Below are positions 39,520 to 49,558 of a stretch of DNA of 64,000 bases, piece by piece; positions within the stretch are counted from its first letter, which is position 1, and the number at the start of each line of letters is the position of its first letter. The DNA is from Bacillota bacterium (GTDB lineage Bacteria; Bacillota; Clostridia; Clostridiales; Clostridiaceae), in assembly GCA_017861315.1 (NCBI GenBank), contig JAGFXP010000004.1, forward strand, positions 10,329 through 74,328, written 5' to 3'. Below the pieces are notes generated by a model. That model saw only the letters and a program-made list of their open reading frames with translations, ran no database searches and was not told where the DNA came from. The translations under genes were made by a program, and so were the position numbers.

Positions 39520-39748
39520 CTTTGATAAAGAGGAGTAAGGAATACAACGTATTAAGAGAGGAAGGCCGGTTCGCTGCAAGGCTTTCTATAGGGCGTATCC
39601 TGAAGGTAGCTTTGGAGCTTCTCTGCTGAACCCAAGTAGGCAGGGACGGTTATCTTAACCGATAAAATTTCAAGAGCCTGTATTTTATGCAGGAAAAAAG
39701 GTGGTAACGCGGATCCTCGTCCTTTTATGGGACGGGGATTTTTTTTAT
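39520..39748 (+). promoter_or_regulatory. T-box riboswitch leader (tRNA-Val expected)
   Basis: Stem I elements (GAGGAGTAAGG, AGAGAG). T-box sequence AAAAAAGGTGGTAACGCGG at 39694-39712. Terminator GATCCTCGTCC/GGACGGGGAT plus T8 at 39712-39747. Candidate GUA specifier at 39606-39608. Confidence 0.85.
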
Positions 39749-39767
39749 TTAAAAAGGAGGAAAAGAG

Positions 39768-42416
39768 ATGGAAGAAACAAAAAACATCGCAAAAAATTAT
39801 GATCCAAAGGAATTCGAAGACAGGATATACGACATGTGGCAGGGAAGGGGCTATTTTACTCCGGAAGTCGACAAGGACAAAAAGCCTTACACGATTGTGC
39901 TGCCTCCGCCAAACATAACTGGAAAGCTTCACCTGGGACATGCGCTTGACGATACCATCCAGGATATAATAATCAGGACAAAAAGGATGCAGGGATACAG
40001 CACCCTCTGGCTTCCGGGAGAGGACCACGCCAGTATAGCCACTGAAGTAAAGGTGGAAAATGAGCTTCTGAAGCAGGGACTTGTAAAGAGGGAAATGGGC
40101 AGAGAAGCCTTCCTTGAAAAGGTATGGGAGTGGGCTGGAGAATACAGGGAGAGGATTGCCGGTCAGGTAAAGAAGCTTGGCTGCTCCTGCGACTTCACGA
40201 GGGAAGCCTTCACAATGGATGAGAAGCTGAACAAGGCTGTCAGGACAATGTTCGTCAAGCTCTACGATGACGGCCTTATATACCAGGGAAACAGGATTAT
40301 CAACTGGTGCCCAAAATGCAAGACTGCCATCTCGGATGCCGAGATAGAATATACCGAGCAGGAAGGAAGCTTCTGGCACATAAAATATCCATACGCTGAA
40401 GGCGAGGGCTATGTTGTTATAGCTACAACAAGGCCTGAGACTATGCTCGGAGATACTGCCGTTGCAGTAAATCCGAACGATGACAGGTACAAGGACCTGA
40501 TAGGAAAGAATGTCATACTGCCGCTTCTGAACAGGGAGATACCTGTAATCGCAGATGACTATGTTGACATGGAGTTCGGAACAGGCGTTGTTAAGATAAC
40601 ACCTGCCCACGACCCTAATGACTACCAGGTAGGAAAGAGACATAACCTGCCTGAGCCGAACATAATGCACGAGGACGGCAGCATCAACCTCAAGGGCTCA
40701 AAATATGACGGCCTGGACAGATACGAAGCCAGAAAGATGATGGTAGAGGACCTCAAAGCCCAGGGACTGCTTGTAAAGACCGAGGTTCACAACCACAACG
40801 TAGGCTGCCACGACAGATGCGGAATAGTTATAGAGCCTATGACCTCAAAGCAGTGGTTCGTAAGGATGGAGCCTCTTGCAGAGCCTGCCATTGAAGTTGT
40901 TAAGAACAAGACTATAAAATTCGTTCCGGAGAGATTCGACAAGACATACTTCAACTGGATGGAGAACATCCAGGACTGGTGCATATCAAGACAGCTCTGG
41001 TGGGGACACAGAATACCTGTATTCTACTGCAGGGACTGCGGAGAGGTTATAGCTTCCGTTGAACCTGTAGAGAAATGCACTAAATGCGGAAGCGCAAACG
41101 TTGAGCAGGACAACGACGTTCTGGATACATGGTTCAGTTCAGCGTTATGGCCTTTCTCGACACTTGGCTGGCCTGACGAGACCCCTGACCTCAAGTACTT
41201 CTACCCCAACAGCACACTGGTTACGGGCTATGACATAATATTCTTCTGGGTTGCAAGGATGATATTCAGCGGATTATACTGCATGGATGAAATCCCTTTC
41301 GATAACGTGCTGATCCACGGAATAGTAAGGGATTCAGAGGGAAGGAAAATGTCCAAGTCCCTGGGGAACGGAGTCGACCCGATCGAGGTGATAGAGCAGT
41401 ACGGAGCAGACGCTCTCAGGTTCACACTGATAAACGGAAACACACCAGGAAACGACATAAGGTACTATCCTGAAAGGGTAGAGGCGTCAAGGAACTTCGC
41501 AAACAAGATATGGAACGCGTCAAGATTCGTCCTCATGAACCTGGACAAGGATCTCATGGACAAATACAAGGACTGCAAAAACTACTCGGTAGCGGACAAG
41601 TGGATAATGTCGAAGGCAAACACGCTTGTAAAGGAGATAACAGACAACATTGAGAAGTTCGAGCTTGGCCTGGCGTCACAGAAGGTTTACGACTTCATCT
41701 GGGGAGAATTCTGCGACTGGTACATCGAGCTTGTTAAACCTGTAATGTACGGGGACGACGAGGAAGCAAAGGGAGTTGCATACAACGTACTTCACGACAC
41801 GCTGGCTAAGAGCCTTCAGCTCCTGCACCCGTTCATGCCTTTCATAACGGAGGAGATATTCTCACACCTGTACAGCGGATTCGAATCAATAGCTATCTCA
41901 AAATGGCCTGAGTACGATGAGGCAGCATACGACGAAAAGTCTGAGAGAGACATGGAGTACATCATAGAAGCAATAAAATCAGTCAGAAACGTAAGGACCG
42001 AGATGAACGTACCGCCATCAAGGAAGGCTACGGTCAAGGTATTCGTTACCGAAAACGACGCAGCCACTGCATTCGAAGACGGTGAAGCGTACTTCATCAA
42101 ACTTGCATCTGCCAGCGATGTTGAGTATATCGAAAGCAAGGAGGTTCTTCCTGACAAGGTAGTTTCAATAGTTTCAAGGGGAGCCGAGATGTTCATACCT
42201 ATGATGGAGCTCATCGACGCAGAGAAGGAAATCGAAAGGCTCAGCAAGGAAAAGGACAACCTGGAGAAGGAGATCGAAAGGGTTCAAAGCAAGCTTGCCA
42301 ACGAAAGGTTCGTGGCGAAGGCTCCTGCCGATGTCGTAGAAGAGGAAAAAGCCAAGGGCGAGAAGTACCAGGAGATGCTTGCGGCTGTTATAGAGAGACT
42401 GAACGCCTTCAAGTAA
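39768..42416 (+). CDS. valS: valine--tRNA ligase
   Basis: HIGH motif [17 protein letters not shown] present, C-terminal coiled coil, 882 aa. Confidence 0.98.
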   Translation: MEETKNIAKNYDPKEFEDRIYDMWQGRGYFTPEVDKDKKPYTIVLPPPNITGKLHLGHALDDTIQDIIIRTKRMQGYSTLWLPGEDHASIATEVKVENELLKQGLVKREMGREAFLEKVWEWAGEYRERIAGQVKKLGCSCDFTREAFTMDEKLNKAVRTMFVKLYDDGLIYQGNRIINWCPKCKTAISDAEIEYTEQEGSFWHIKYPYAEGEGYVVIATTRPETMLGDTAVAVNPNDDRYKDLIGKNVILPLLNREIPVIADDYVDMEFGTGVVKITPAHDPNDYQVGKRHNLPEPNIMHEDGSINLKGSKYDGLDRYEARKMMVEDLKAQGLLVKTEVHNHNVGCHDRCGIVIEPMTSKQWFVRMEPLAEPAIEVVKNKTIKFVPERFDKTYFNWMENIQDWCISRQLWWGHRIPVFYCRDCGEVIASVEPVEKCTKCGSANVEQDNDVLDTWFSSALWPFSTLGWPDETPDLKYFYPNSTLVTGYDIIFFWVARMIFSGLYCMDEIPFDNVLIHGIVRDSEGRKMSKSLGNGVDPIEVIEQYGADALRFTLINGNTPGNDIRYYPERVEASRNFANKIWNASRFVLMNLDKDLMDKYKDCKNYSVADKWIMSKANTLVKEITDNIEKFELGLASQKVYDFIWGEFCDWYIELVKPVMYGDDEEAKGVAYNVLHDTLAKSLQLLHPFMPFITEEIFSHLYSGFESIAISKWPEYDEAAYDEKSERDMEYIIEAIKSVRNVRTEMNVPPSRKATVKVFVTENDAATAFEDGEAYFIKLASASDVEYIESKEVLPDKVVSIVSRGAEMFIPMMELIDAEKEIERLSKEKDNLEKEIERVQSKLANERFVAKAPADVVEEEKAKGEKYQEMLAAVIERLNAFK

Positions 42417-42445
42417 AGGCCATATTGATTGATGAGGTAGATAGA

Positions 42446-43732
42446 ATGAATTACGAAGCTGCCATGGCATACATTCAGAACACAGCAAAATTCGGAAGCA
42501 ATCTGGGCCTGGACAGGACATTGAAGATACTGGAGCTGCTGGGCAACCCGCAGGACAAAATAAAATGCATCCATGTTGCCGGGACCAACGGAAAAGGGTC
42601 GACAACGGCCATGATCACCCGGATACTCAGGGAAGCAGGATACAAGGCGGGGATGTACACATCCCCTTTCCTTGAAGAATTCGAGGAGAGGATACAGGTC
42701 GACGGGGAAAACATCGGAAAGGACGACCTGGCAAGGACCGTGACGGAAGTGTCTAAGGTCGTGGAGAAGGTCATAAGCCTGGGCTTCGACCACCCGACTG
42801 AATTCGAGATAATAACCTGCGCGATGTTCAAGCATTTCTGCGAGGCCGAGGTGGACTATGCCGTAATCGAGGTGGGACTCGGCGGAAGGCTTGACTCCAC
42901 AAACGTCATCACTCCCGTGCTGAGCGTGATAACCTCCATAAGCCTTGACCACACAGGCGTTCTGGGGGACACACTGAGGGAGATTGCAGGGGAAAAGGCG
43001 GGAATCATCAAGAGAGGCGTCCCCGTCGTTTCCTATCCTCAGGAAAAGGAAGCGGAGAAGGTCATTGCGGACGCATGCAGCAGCTTGGGATGCGAACTCA
43101 TCAGCGTAGAACCCGGCTCCGGGGAGTTCCTTGAAACAACGAAACATGCACAGAGAATCAGGGTGAAAACCCTAAGTGGAGTCTACGAGCCTGAGCTTTC
43201 CCTCCTTGGGAAGCACCAGATAATGAACTGCGCGGTAGCCATTTCTGCGGCAGAAAAACTTCAGGACCTTGGGCTTTGCATAAGCAGGGACAACATCCTG
43301 AGCGCTCTGGGGAAGGTGAAGTGGATAGGCAGGCTCGAGGTGCTCAGGGAAAAGCCTCTGGTAGTAATCGACGGGGCCCACAATATCGAGGGGATAACGC
43401 TTCTGAGCGAAAGCCTTAAAACATATTTCAAATATGAAAAACTCATTCTCATAATAGGCATCCTCAGGGACAAGCAGGTGGAGGCGATGATCGAAACGAT
43501 CGCTCCTCAGGCGCACAGGGTAATAGCGGTAACCCCGAACAGCGGGCGTGCGGAAAGCGCAGCCGAACTGAACGAGGTGATAGTGAAATACAACAGCAGC
43601 TCTGAAGCCTGCGATGATTACGCCGAAGCCTATGAAAAGGCACTCGGGTATGCAGGCGAGGATGATATGGTGCTGGTTTGCGGGTCGCTCTACATGATAG
43701 GGGATATGAGGAAGGTAATAAGGAGGTATTAA
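42446..43732 (+). CDS. folC: bifunctional folylpolyglutamate synthase / dihydrofolate synthase
   Basis: P-loop HVAGTNGKGST, Mur-ligase pattern, conserved valS-folC linkage. ATG 42446 chosen over the TTG at 42425. Confidence 0.9.
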   Translation: MNYEAAMAYIQNTAKFGSNLGLDRTLKILELLGNPQDKIKCIHVAGTNGKGSTTAMITRILREAGYKAGMYTSPFLEEFEERIQVDGENIGKDDLARTVTEVSKVVEKVISLGFDHPTEFEIITCAMFKHFCEAEVDYAVIEVGLGGRLDSTNVITPVLSVITSISLDHTGVLGDTLREIAGEKAGIIKRGVPVVSYPQEKEAEKVIADACSSLGCELISVEPGSGEFLETTKHAQRIRVKTLSGVYEPELSLLGKHQIMNCAVAISAAEKLQDLGLCISRDNILSALGKVKWIGRLEVLREKPLVVIDGAHNIEGITLLSESLKTYFKYEKLILIIGILRDKQVEAMIETIAPQAHRVIAVTPNSGRAESAAELNEVIVKYNSSSEACDDYAEAYEKALGYAGEDDMVLVCGSLYMIGDMRKVIRRY

Positions 43733-43733
43733 A

Positions 43734-44039
43734 ATGCAGTTTATTGTAACAGGTTACGACGGAACAGACGAGAAAGCTTTGGAAAGAAGGCTGGCAGCTA
43801 GGGCGGAACACTTGAAATCAGTTGAAGAAAGGTTCGAGGCAGGGGAATTCCTTTACGGGATTGCGCTTCTTGATGAGGAAGGAAAGATGAAGGGCTCGAT
43901 CATGGTTGTTCAGTATCCGACCAGGGAAGAGCTTGACAAGTGGCTTGAGGTTGAGCCGTACGTGCTGGGTAATGTATGGCAGAAGATAGACATACAGCCC
44001 TGCAGCGTCGCACCGATCTTCATGGAGCTGTACAAATAG
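43734..44039 (+). CDS. YciI family protein
   Basis: 101 aa with RxxHL...DPY-type pattern (RAEHLKSV, VEPYV). Confidence 0.75.
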   Translation: MQFIVTGYDGTDEKALERRLAARAEHLKSVEERFEAGEFLYGIALLDEEGKMKGSIMVVQYPTREELDKWLEVEPYVLGNVWQKIDIQPCSVAPIFMELYK

Positions 44040-44058
44040 TAAAAGAGATTGAAGTTTT

Positions 44059-44090
44059 TAGGGATTTACTGTGTAAATCCCTATTTTTTT
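44059..44090 (+). terminator. rho-independent terminator
   Basis: TAGGGATTTAC-TGT-GTAAATCCCTA followed by T7. Confidence 0.75.
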
Positions 44091-44261
44091 CGCATTATAC
44101 AAAAAATTAATCCCAATAATAGCATTCGTCAAATGCGTAAAATTCATTATTTGTAAAATTCGAAAAAAATAATATGAAAAATAATTATGATATAATTAAG
44201 CGGTACTGTAATTATTATAGTACGACTCAAAAATAATGAAAAAAAGAGGGGGATACATCTT

Positions 44262-46184
44262 ATGGATAAAAAATTATCTAAAGATGCATATGGCGGCGTA
44301 GCCGGCAAGGACTACGTACCTTACGTTTCCAGTGGTTCTAAATCTGGAGGGAACGTTGCTGTATTGATAATCGGTATTGTTCTGGCTGCTTTATTCGCAG
44401 CGTCTACTGCCTATTCAGGCATGAAGTCAGGTCTTACAGTTGCGGCTGGTATACCTGGATCTATAATAGGTTCAGCGTTTATAGCTGCATTTGCGAAGCA
44501 AAAAGGTATCCTTGGCAAAAACCTGGTTCAAGGTATGTCAAGCGGTGGAGAATCTGTTGCAAGCGGTATAATCTTCGTTTTGCCGGCAGTCCTGCTGATA
44601 GGTTCAAAAGTCTCTTTCCTGGAAGGCTTTGTTGTTGGTATAGGCGGAGTCTTATTTGGTATAGGAGCCGCTGCGCTGGTCCATAATTATCTGATTGTTG
44701 AAGAACACGGGAAATTAATGTATCCTGAGTCGATGGCTATATCTGAAACGCTTGTTGCCTCAGAAGGCGCTGGTGAATCGATGAAGTACATGGGCATAGG
44801 TTTCGGAATCGGCGGTATTATTACTGTTGTCACTGGTTCGTTCCTGAATGTAGCAAACAACGTTATAAGCTATGTAAACGAAACCTTCTACAAGTGGAAA
44901 CTTGAAGTTGAAGTGAGCCCGTTGTTATTAGGTATCGGATTCATAGTTGGTTTGGAAGTTTCTGTAGCTATGTTTGCAGGTTCAATACTAGCCAACTTCG
45001 GCATTATGCCCCTAATTGGCTATTTCGCTGGATTTGGAAGAGAAGGCGCAAATGTTTGGAATAATCCGAACGTGGCTATAAATGCTATGCTTGTCAAGAA
45101 TATTGCCGGAAGCTATGTGAAATATATCGGCGCAGGCATGATGCTTTCCGGTGGCCTGATAGGAGCTATAAAGCTAATACCTACCATAATATCATCAATA
45201 AAAGAAACTCTTAATGCTAAACCTGCAGCTGGTGCTGACAGTTCATCCGTAGGAAAGATAATACTTCTTAGCGGTATAGTTATTGCTTTCGTAGCTGGCT
45301 TCGTGGTATCAGGCGGCAATGTAATGATGGCAGTAGCAGCTTCGATTTTATCAGTATTCTTGTCATTGCTGTTTGTCATAGTTTCAGGACGTTTAACCGG
45401 AACAATAGGAACTTCAAACCTTCCTGTATCCGGCATGACTATAGCTTCATTGGTTCTTGTAACGCTTTTGTTCGTAGTAATGGGCTGGGTAAGCCCTGAA
45501 AACAACAGATCGCTGCTTTTGTTCGGTACATTCATAGTAACTGCTATAGCGATGGCTGGCGGCTACGCCCAGTCGCAGAAGGTTACTTTCATTATAGGCG
45601 GCAGCAAAAATGAAATGCAGAGATACTTTACAATAGCTGGTATAGTAGGCGTTGCAGTAGTAGTTGGCACGATATTGTTGCTTTCCAGCCAGCTTTCTAT
45701 GACTGGCGACAATGTTCCGTTCGCACTGCCGCAGGCTAACCTGATGGCAACATTGACAGCCGGCATAATGTCGGGCGAGTTGCCTTGGGTTATGATCATT
45801 GTGGGCGCAGTTATGGGAGTTGTTCTATTCCTGCTGAAACTTCCTGTAATGACTGTTGCAATCGGATTCTACTTGCCGATATCTACAACTTCAATAATAT
45901 TGATAGGTGCACTGGTTAGAATGTTTGTAGAAAAAACCTGCAAATCTGAAGCAGAAAAAGAAGTTAAGGTTTCAAACGGTATCAGTTTATCTTCAGGACT
46001 TGTTGCCGGAGGTTCAATAATTGGACTTGTTGGCATAATACTTCAGGTTACAGATGTCATAAAAGGAGCCGGTCCAAGCGGATTCGCTGCTTCTAACGGG
46101 ATGGCATTTGTATTATTGGCAGGTCTGTTAATAGCTACCATAATACCGATAATAAACAGCAAGGTAAAAAATGGCCAGCAATAA
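44262..46184 (+). CDS. OPT family oligopeptide transporter
   Basis: 640 aa with about 16 TM segments. N-terminal pattern KDYVPY...SGLTVAAGIPGSI is typical of bacterial OPT proteins. Confidence 0.88.
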   Translation: MDKKLSKDAYGGVAGKDYVPYVSSGSKSGGNVAVLIIGIVLAALFAASTAYSGMKSGLTVAAGIPGSIIGSAFIAAFAKQKGILGKNLVQGMSSGGESVASGIIFVLPAVLLIGSKVSFLEGFVVGIGGVLFGIGAAALVHNYLIVEEHGKLMYPESMAISETLVASEGAGESMKYMGIGFGIGGIITVVTGSFLNVANNVISYVNETFYKWKLEVEVSPLLLGIGFIVGLEVSVAMFAGSILANFGIMPLIGYFAGFGREGANVWNNPNVAINAMLVKNIAGSYVKYIGAGMMLSGGLIGAIKLIPTIISSIKETLNAKPAAGADSSSVGKIILLSGIVIAFVAGFVVSGGNVMMAVAASILSVFLSLLFVIVSGRLTGTIGTSNLPVSGMTIASLVLVTLLFVVMGWVSPENNRSLLLFGTFIVTAIAMAGGYAQSQKVTFIIGGSKNEMQRYFTIAGIVGVAVVVGTILLLSSQLSMTGDNVPFALPQANLMATLTAGIMSGELPWVMIIVGAVMGVVLFLLKLPVMTVAIGFYLPISTTSIILIGALVRMFVEKTCKSEAEKEVKVSNGISLSSGLVAGGSIIGLVGIILQVTDVIKGAGPSGFAASNGMAFVLLAGLLIATIIPIINSKVKNGQQ

Positions 46185-46521
46185 CGAAGAGGTTTTAAGT
46201 ATAGTATATAAAATTCAGGACGGTTTGGAATACGAAGTGAGCGAAGAAGGTATTGCAACCATTCTTGAAAAACAAGACCATGCGGTACAAAAACTCTTCA
46301 GGAAACTTAAATTCAGAATTCCGGAATATAAAAAAACTTCCCTGGACGAATACGGAAGCTGTGTGTTTTTGCTGATAGACGGCAGGAGAACAGTAAGGGA
46401 TATCGGAGAAAGCCTGGAAGCAAGGTATTGTGATAAAGCTTACCCGCTTTATGAAAGATTATTGTTGTTCTTAAACCATATCGACGTAAATTGCCACTAT
46501 ATAGAAAAAACAAAGTTCTAA
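46171..46521 (+). CDS. PqqD-family (RRE-like peptide-binding) small protein
   Basis: 14-nt overlap with the OPT gene. The segment LDEYGSCVFLLIDGRRTVRDIGESL...YERLLLFLNHI resembles the PqqD winged-helix fold. Confidence 0.6.
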   Translation: MASNNEEVLSIVYKIQDGLEYEVSEEGIATILEKQDHAVQKLFRKLKFRIPEYKKTSLDEYGSCVFLLIDGRRTVRDIGESLEARYCDKAYPLYERLLLFLNHIDVNCHYIEKTKF

Positions 46522-46526
46522 AAAAT

Positions 46527-46561
46527 AAAGATGGCACTGCAAACTGTAGCTGCCATCTTTT
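46527..46561 (+). terminator. hairpin / probable terminator after the PqqD-like gene
   Basis: AAAGATGGCA...TGCCATCTTT with an inner 5-bp extension and a short T-run. Confidence 0.5.
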
Positions 46562-46579
46562 AAAGAAAGGATGATAGTC

Positions 46580-48040
46580 ATGTTACAAGAATTAGAACAT
46601 TTAAATTCATTTGAGGCATTTAGATATTTTAAAGAGATGAACGAGATTCCAAGAGGTTCTGGCAATGAGAAAGCCATAAGCGATTGGTTGGTGAAATTTG
46701 CAAAAGAGCATAATCTGCAGGTTATCCAGGATGAAGCGTTAAACATAATTATCAAAAAGCCTGGCACAAAAGGATATGAGAATGCTCCTGTTACAATAAT
46801 CCAGGGGCACATGGACATGGTCTGCGAAAAAAACATAGGAACAGAGCATGATTTCGAAAAAGACCCTATCGAGTTTATCGTAGAAGGCGACTTCCTGAGG
46901 GCTAACGGAACAACCTTAGGGGCCGACAACGGCATTGCAGTAGCTTTCGGGCTTGCAGTGCTTGCATCTACAGACATACCTCACCCTCCAATAGAATTAC
47001 TGGTGACTACCGAGGAAGAAACAGGTATGGGCGGAGCGCAGATGCTTGACCCTAAGCATTTAGAGGGTAGAACGCTGATAAATATTGATTCAGAGGAAGA
47101 AGGAAAACTTTTAGTTAGCTGCTCCGGCGGAGTGAGAGAAAAAATAAAGCTTCCGATAACCTGGGTTAAAGCAGATCAGAACCTGGTGAACTGCGCAGTC
47201 AGGCTGAGGGGGTTGCTAGGCGGTCACTCCGGAATGGAGATCGACAAAGAAAGAGGAAATTCCAACAAACTGATGGGACGTTTCCTGATGGATTTAAAAT
47301 CAGTAGTGGATTTCAAGATAAATTCAATAACAGGCGGATCCAAAAACAACGCGATTCCTAGAGAAGCTGATGCAATCATATTGTTCATGGAAAAGGATAA
47401 AGCGGTGGTTCTTGAAAAGCTGTCGCAGTGGAATTCAATATTCAAAAATGAACTGGCCGGCATTGATCCGGACATAAGTCTAGCTGTTGAAATCCTGGAC
47501 AAAAAGGCAAACAGGGTTTTCTCTGATGATACAGCCAAAAGAGCGCTTCAAGTACTTCTTCTGATTCCAAACGGAGTCAAAAACATGAGCATGGCCATCC
47601 CGGGCTTGGTGCAGAGTTCGACAAACATCGGAGTGGTGACTACAGATGAAGAAAACGTAGAATTTGATTCCGCTGTCAGAAGTTCTGTAAAGACTTTAAA
47701 GAAGGCTATATGTGATGAGACTATAGTTCTTGCAGAAATGGTAGGAGCATCCATAGAATTCGAGTCAGACTATCCGGAGTGGCAGTATAATCCTAACTCC
47801 AATATAAGGACTATATTCCAGAAGGTATACAACGATATGTACGGAAAGATGCCTGAAATATCAGCCATACATGCGGGGCTCGAGTGCGGACTGTTCAGCG
47901 ATAAATTCAACGGAGATATTGACCTTATATCTTTCGGACCGAACATCTATGATGTGCACACGCCAAAAGAACATCTGAGCATTTCGTCAACAGACAGAAC
48001 ATGGAACTACTTGCTCGGAGTATTGAAGGAAATTAAATAG
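46580..48040 (+). CDS. pepD: aminoacyl-histidine (Xaa-His) dipeptidase, M20C
   Basis: PRGSGNE, IIQGHMDMV, LGADNGI and TTEEETGMGGA motifs. ATG 46580 is preferred (AAGGA SD). Confidence 0.9.
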   Translation: MLQELEHLNSFEAFRYFKEMNEIPRGSGNEKAISDWLVKFAKEHNLQVIQDEALNIIIKKPGTKGYENAPVTIIQGHMDMVCEKNIGTEHDFEKDPIEFIVEGDFLRANGTTLGADNGIAVAFGLAVLASTDIPHPPIELLVTTEEETGMGGAQMLDPKHLEGRTLINIDSEEEGKLLVSCSGGVREKIKLPITWVKADQNLVNCAVRLRGLLGGHSGMEIDKERGNSNKLMGRFLMDLKSVVDFKINSITGGSKNNAIPREADAIILFMEKDKAVVLEKLSQWNSIFKNELAGIDPDISLAVEILDKKANRVFSDDTAKRALQVLLLIPNGVKNMSMAIPGLVQSSTNIGVVTTDEENVEFDSAVRSSVKTLKKAICDETIVLAEMVGASIEFESDYPEWQYNPNSNIRTIFQKVYNDMYGKMPEISAIHAGLECGLFSDKFNGDIDLISFGPNIYDVHTPKEHLSISSTDRTWNYLLGVLKEIK

Positions 48041-48059
48041 ATTGATCAATAAGCGTATG

Positions 48060-48096
48060 TTCCTCCGGAATTCTTTCCGGAGGAATATTTTTTTTG
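48060..48096 (+). terminator. rho-independent terminator after pepD
   Basis: TTCCTCCGG-AATTCTTT-CCGGAGGAA followed by T8. Confidence 0.75.
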
Positions 48097-48160
48097 ACTT
48101 TCATGCGGCCTGGGTGTATAAGTAGATTAATGATGTTTTCAAAAAAAGGGGGTAATTTTT

Positions 48161-48544
48161 ATGCCAACAATCGTTCATTTCGACATTGCAACAGATGACG
48201 CTCAGAGAGCAAAAAAGTTCTATGAAGAATTATTTGGCTGGAGAATGGAAGGCCCGCCAGGGATGACAGATTACTTCTTGATCGAAACCGAAGACCTTGA
48301 TGGGAAAAGGGGGGTCGGAGGAGGACTCGGGTTGAGGGGAGATCCTTCCCAAAGGATAACCGCCTATATTGGTGTCGATGACGTTGATGAGTATGGAAAG
48401 AGAGTAGCTGAACTTGGAGGAAAGGTGGAGCAGCCAAAGCTGGTTGTGCCGGGGTGGGGATACCTGTCCATCTGTACAGATACTGAAGGCAACACCTTCG
48501 GTCTATGGCAGGATGATAAAAATGCAGGGCAGGTGAAACTATGA
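48161..48544 (+). CDS. VOC (glyoxalase/bleomycin-resistance) family protein
   Basis: 127 aa with HFDIATDD...FYEELFGW and TEGNTFGLWQ patterns. Confidence 0.8.
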   Translation: MPTIVHFDIATDDAQRAKKFYEELFGWRMEGPPGMTDYFLIETEDLDGKRGVGGGLGLRGDPSQRITAYIGVDDVDEYGKRVAELGGKVEQPKLVVPGWGYLSICTDTEGNTFGLWQDDKNAGQVKL

Positions 48545-49503
48545 AGAGAGCAAAGGTGTTCAGCTTGCTGATTTTATTTGTTTTGTCGGCATCGGTTTTT
48601 GCAGGCTGCAGTCCCGATGCCGATAAAAATACTTCAGGCGGCGATACGGCGGTTAATACCTCAGGCAATACAAGCGGCAACATATCGAATGGCGGGATTG
48701 CCTCAAAGCAGGGAGACTGGATCTACTATATAAACGGCAGTGACAGCGATAAGATATACAAAATAAAGGCTGACGGGACAGGAAAAGCCAAGCTGTCTGA
48801 CGACGAGGCTGCATCAAGCATAAATGCAGCAGGAGACTGGATCTACTACAGAAGCTGCAGTGATGTCTGCAGTCTTTACAAAGTGAAGACAGACGGGACA
48901 CAAAGAACAAAGCTGGGTGAAGACAGCGTTGACTACGTGAATGCAGCAGGAGACTGGATCTACTACTGTAACTACAGCGACAATTACAAGGTATACAAAA
49001 TAAAAACCGACGGCACGGGCAGGACCAAGCTGAGCGATGATGCCTCGGCCTTTATAAATGTATCGGGCGGGTGGATCTATTACCAGAATTCCAGCGACGG
49101 CAGTAAAATATACAGGATGAAAACCGACGGCACGGAAAGGGCAAAGCTCAACGAGGATATTTCCGGCTCAATAGATGTGGTCGGAGACTGGATTTACTAC
49201 AGCAATTCAAGCGACGACAGAAAAATATACAAAATAAAAACCGACGGCACGGGCAGGACCAAGCTTGGAGAAGACAGCACTTCCTATATCAATAATTCGG
49301 GAGACTGGATTTATTACCAGAATGCGGGCGACGGCAGCAAAATATACAGGATGAATACGGACGGCACAGAAAAAACAAAAATGAATGAAGATGGTTCAAA
49401 TTCCATAAACATAGTGGGGGACTGGATCTACTATCTCAATATAAGCGATGACAACATATACAGGATAAAGACAGACGGGACTGGCCGGGTTGAAGTTAAC
49501 TAG
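48541..49503 (+). CDS. lipoprotein with seven DUF5050-like beta-propeller-type repeats
   Basis: Lipobox FAGC. Seven tandem units of about 39 aa: GDWIYY-N-SD-KIYKIKTDGTGRTKL. Confidence 0.75.
   Translation: MKRAKVFSLLILFVLSASVFAGCSPDADKNTSGGDTAVNTSGNTSGNISNGGIASKQGDWIYYINGSDSDKIYKIKADGTGKAKLSDDEAASSINAAGDWIYYRSCSDVCSLYKVKTDGTQRTKLGEDSVDYVNAAGDWIYYCNYSDNYKVYKIKTDGTGRTKLSDDASAFINVSGGWIYYQNSSDGSKIYRMKTDGTERAKLNEDISGSIDVVGDWIYYSNSSDDRKIYKIKTDGTGRTKLGEDSTSYINNSGDWIYYQNAGDGSKIYRMNTDGTEKTKMNEDGSNSINIVGDWIYYLNISDDNIYRIKTDGTGRVEVN
48712..49500 (+). repeat. intragenic tandem repeat, 117-nt period, 6 full units plus 1 truncated unit
   Basis: A 39-nt identical block ATACAAAATAAAAACCGACGGCACGGGCAGGACCAAGCT occurs at 48993-49031 and 49227-49265 (offset 234 = 2 x 117). 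GGAGACTGGAT recurs at each unit start. Confidence 0.85.
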
Positions 49504-49514
49504 ATTGCGAGAAT

Positions 49515-49554
49515 AAACGGAAAACGCTGTGCGTGCGCACAGCGTTTTCCGTTT
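49515..49554. terminator. bidirectional terminator (19-bp perfect stem) between convergent genes
   Basis: AAACGGAAAACGCTGTGCG-TG-CGCACAGCGTTTTCCGTTT. Confidence 0.8.
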
Positions 49555-49558
49555 CAAG

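Noticed and set aside
39552-40670. 372-aa ORF on the minus strand
   Set aside because: It lies entirely antisense to valS, which has unmistakable HIGH/KMSKS motifs. It has no RBS and a low-complexity, Leu/Ser/Pro/Cys-rich translation typical of shadow ORFs.
42284-43147. 287-aa ORF on the minus strand
   Set aside because: It lies antisense to the valS 3' end and folC, with no recognisable motifs. It is a shadow ORF of GC-rich third positions.
44130-44170. CodY-box-like AAAATTCGAAAAAAA upstream of the OPT transporter
   Set aside because: It matches AATTTTCWGAAAATT at only about 9/15 positions in low-complexity A/T sequence.
44174-44236. 20-codon ORF (MKNNYDIIKRYCNYYSTTQK) upstream of the OPT/PqqD-like genes as a possible RiPP precursor
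   Set aside because: It has no RBS and lies in AT-rich promoter/leader DNA. It overlaps a palindrome (GTACTGTAA-TTA-TTATAGTAC, 44203-44223) that is more simply an operator or UTR hairpin. There are no modifying enzymes nearby.
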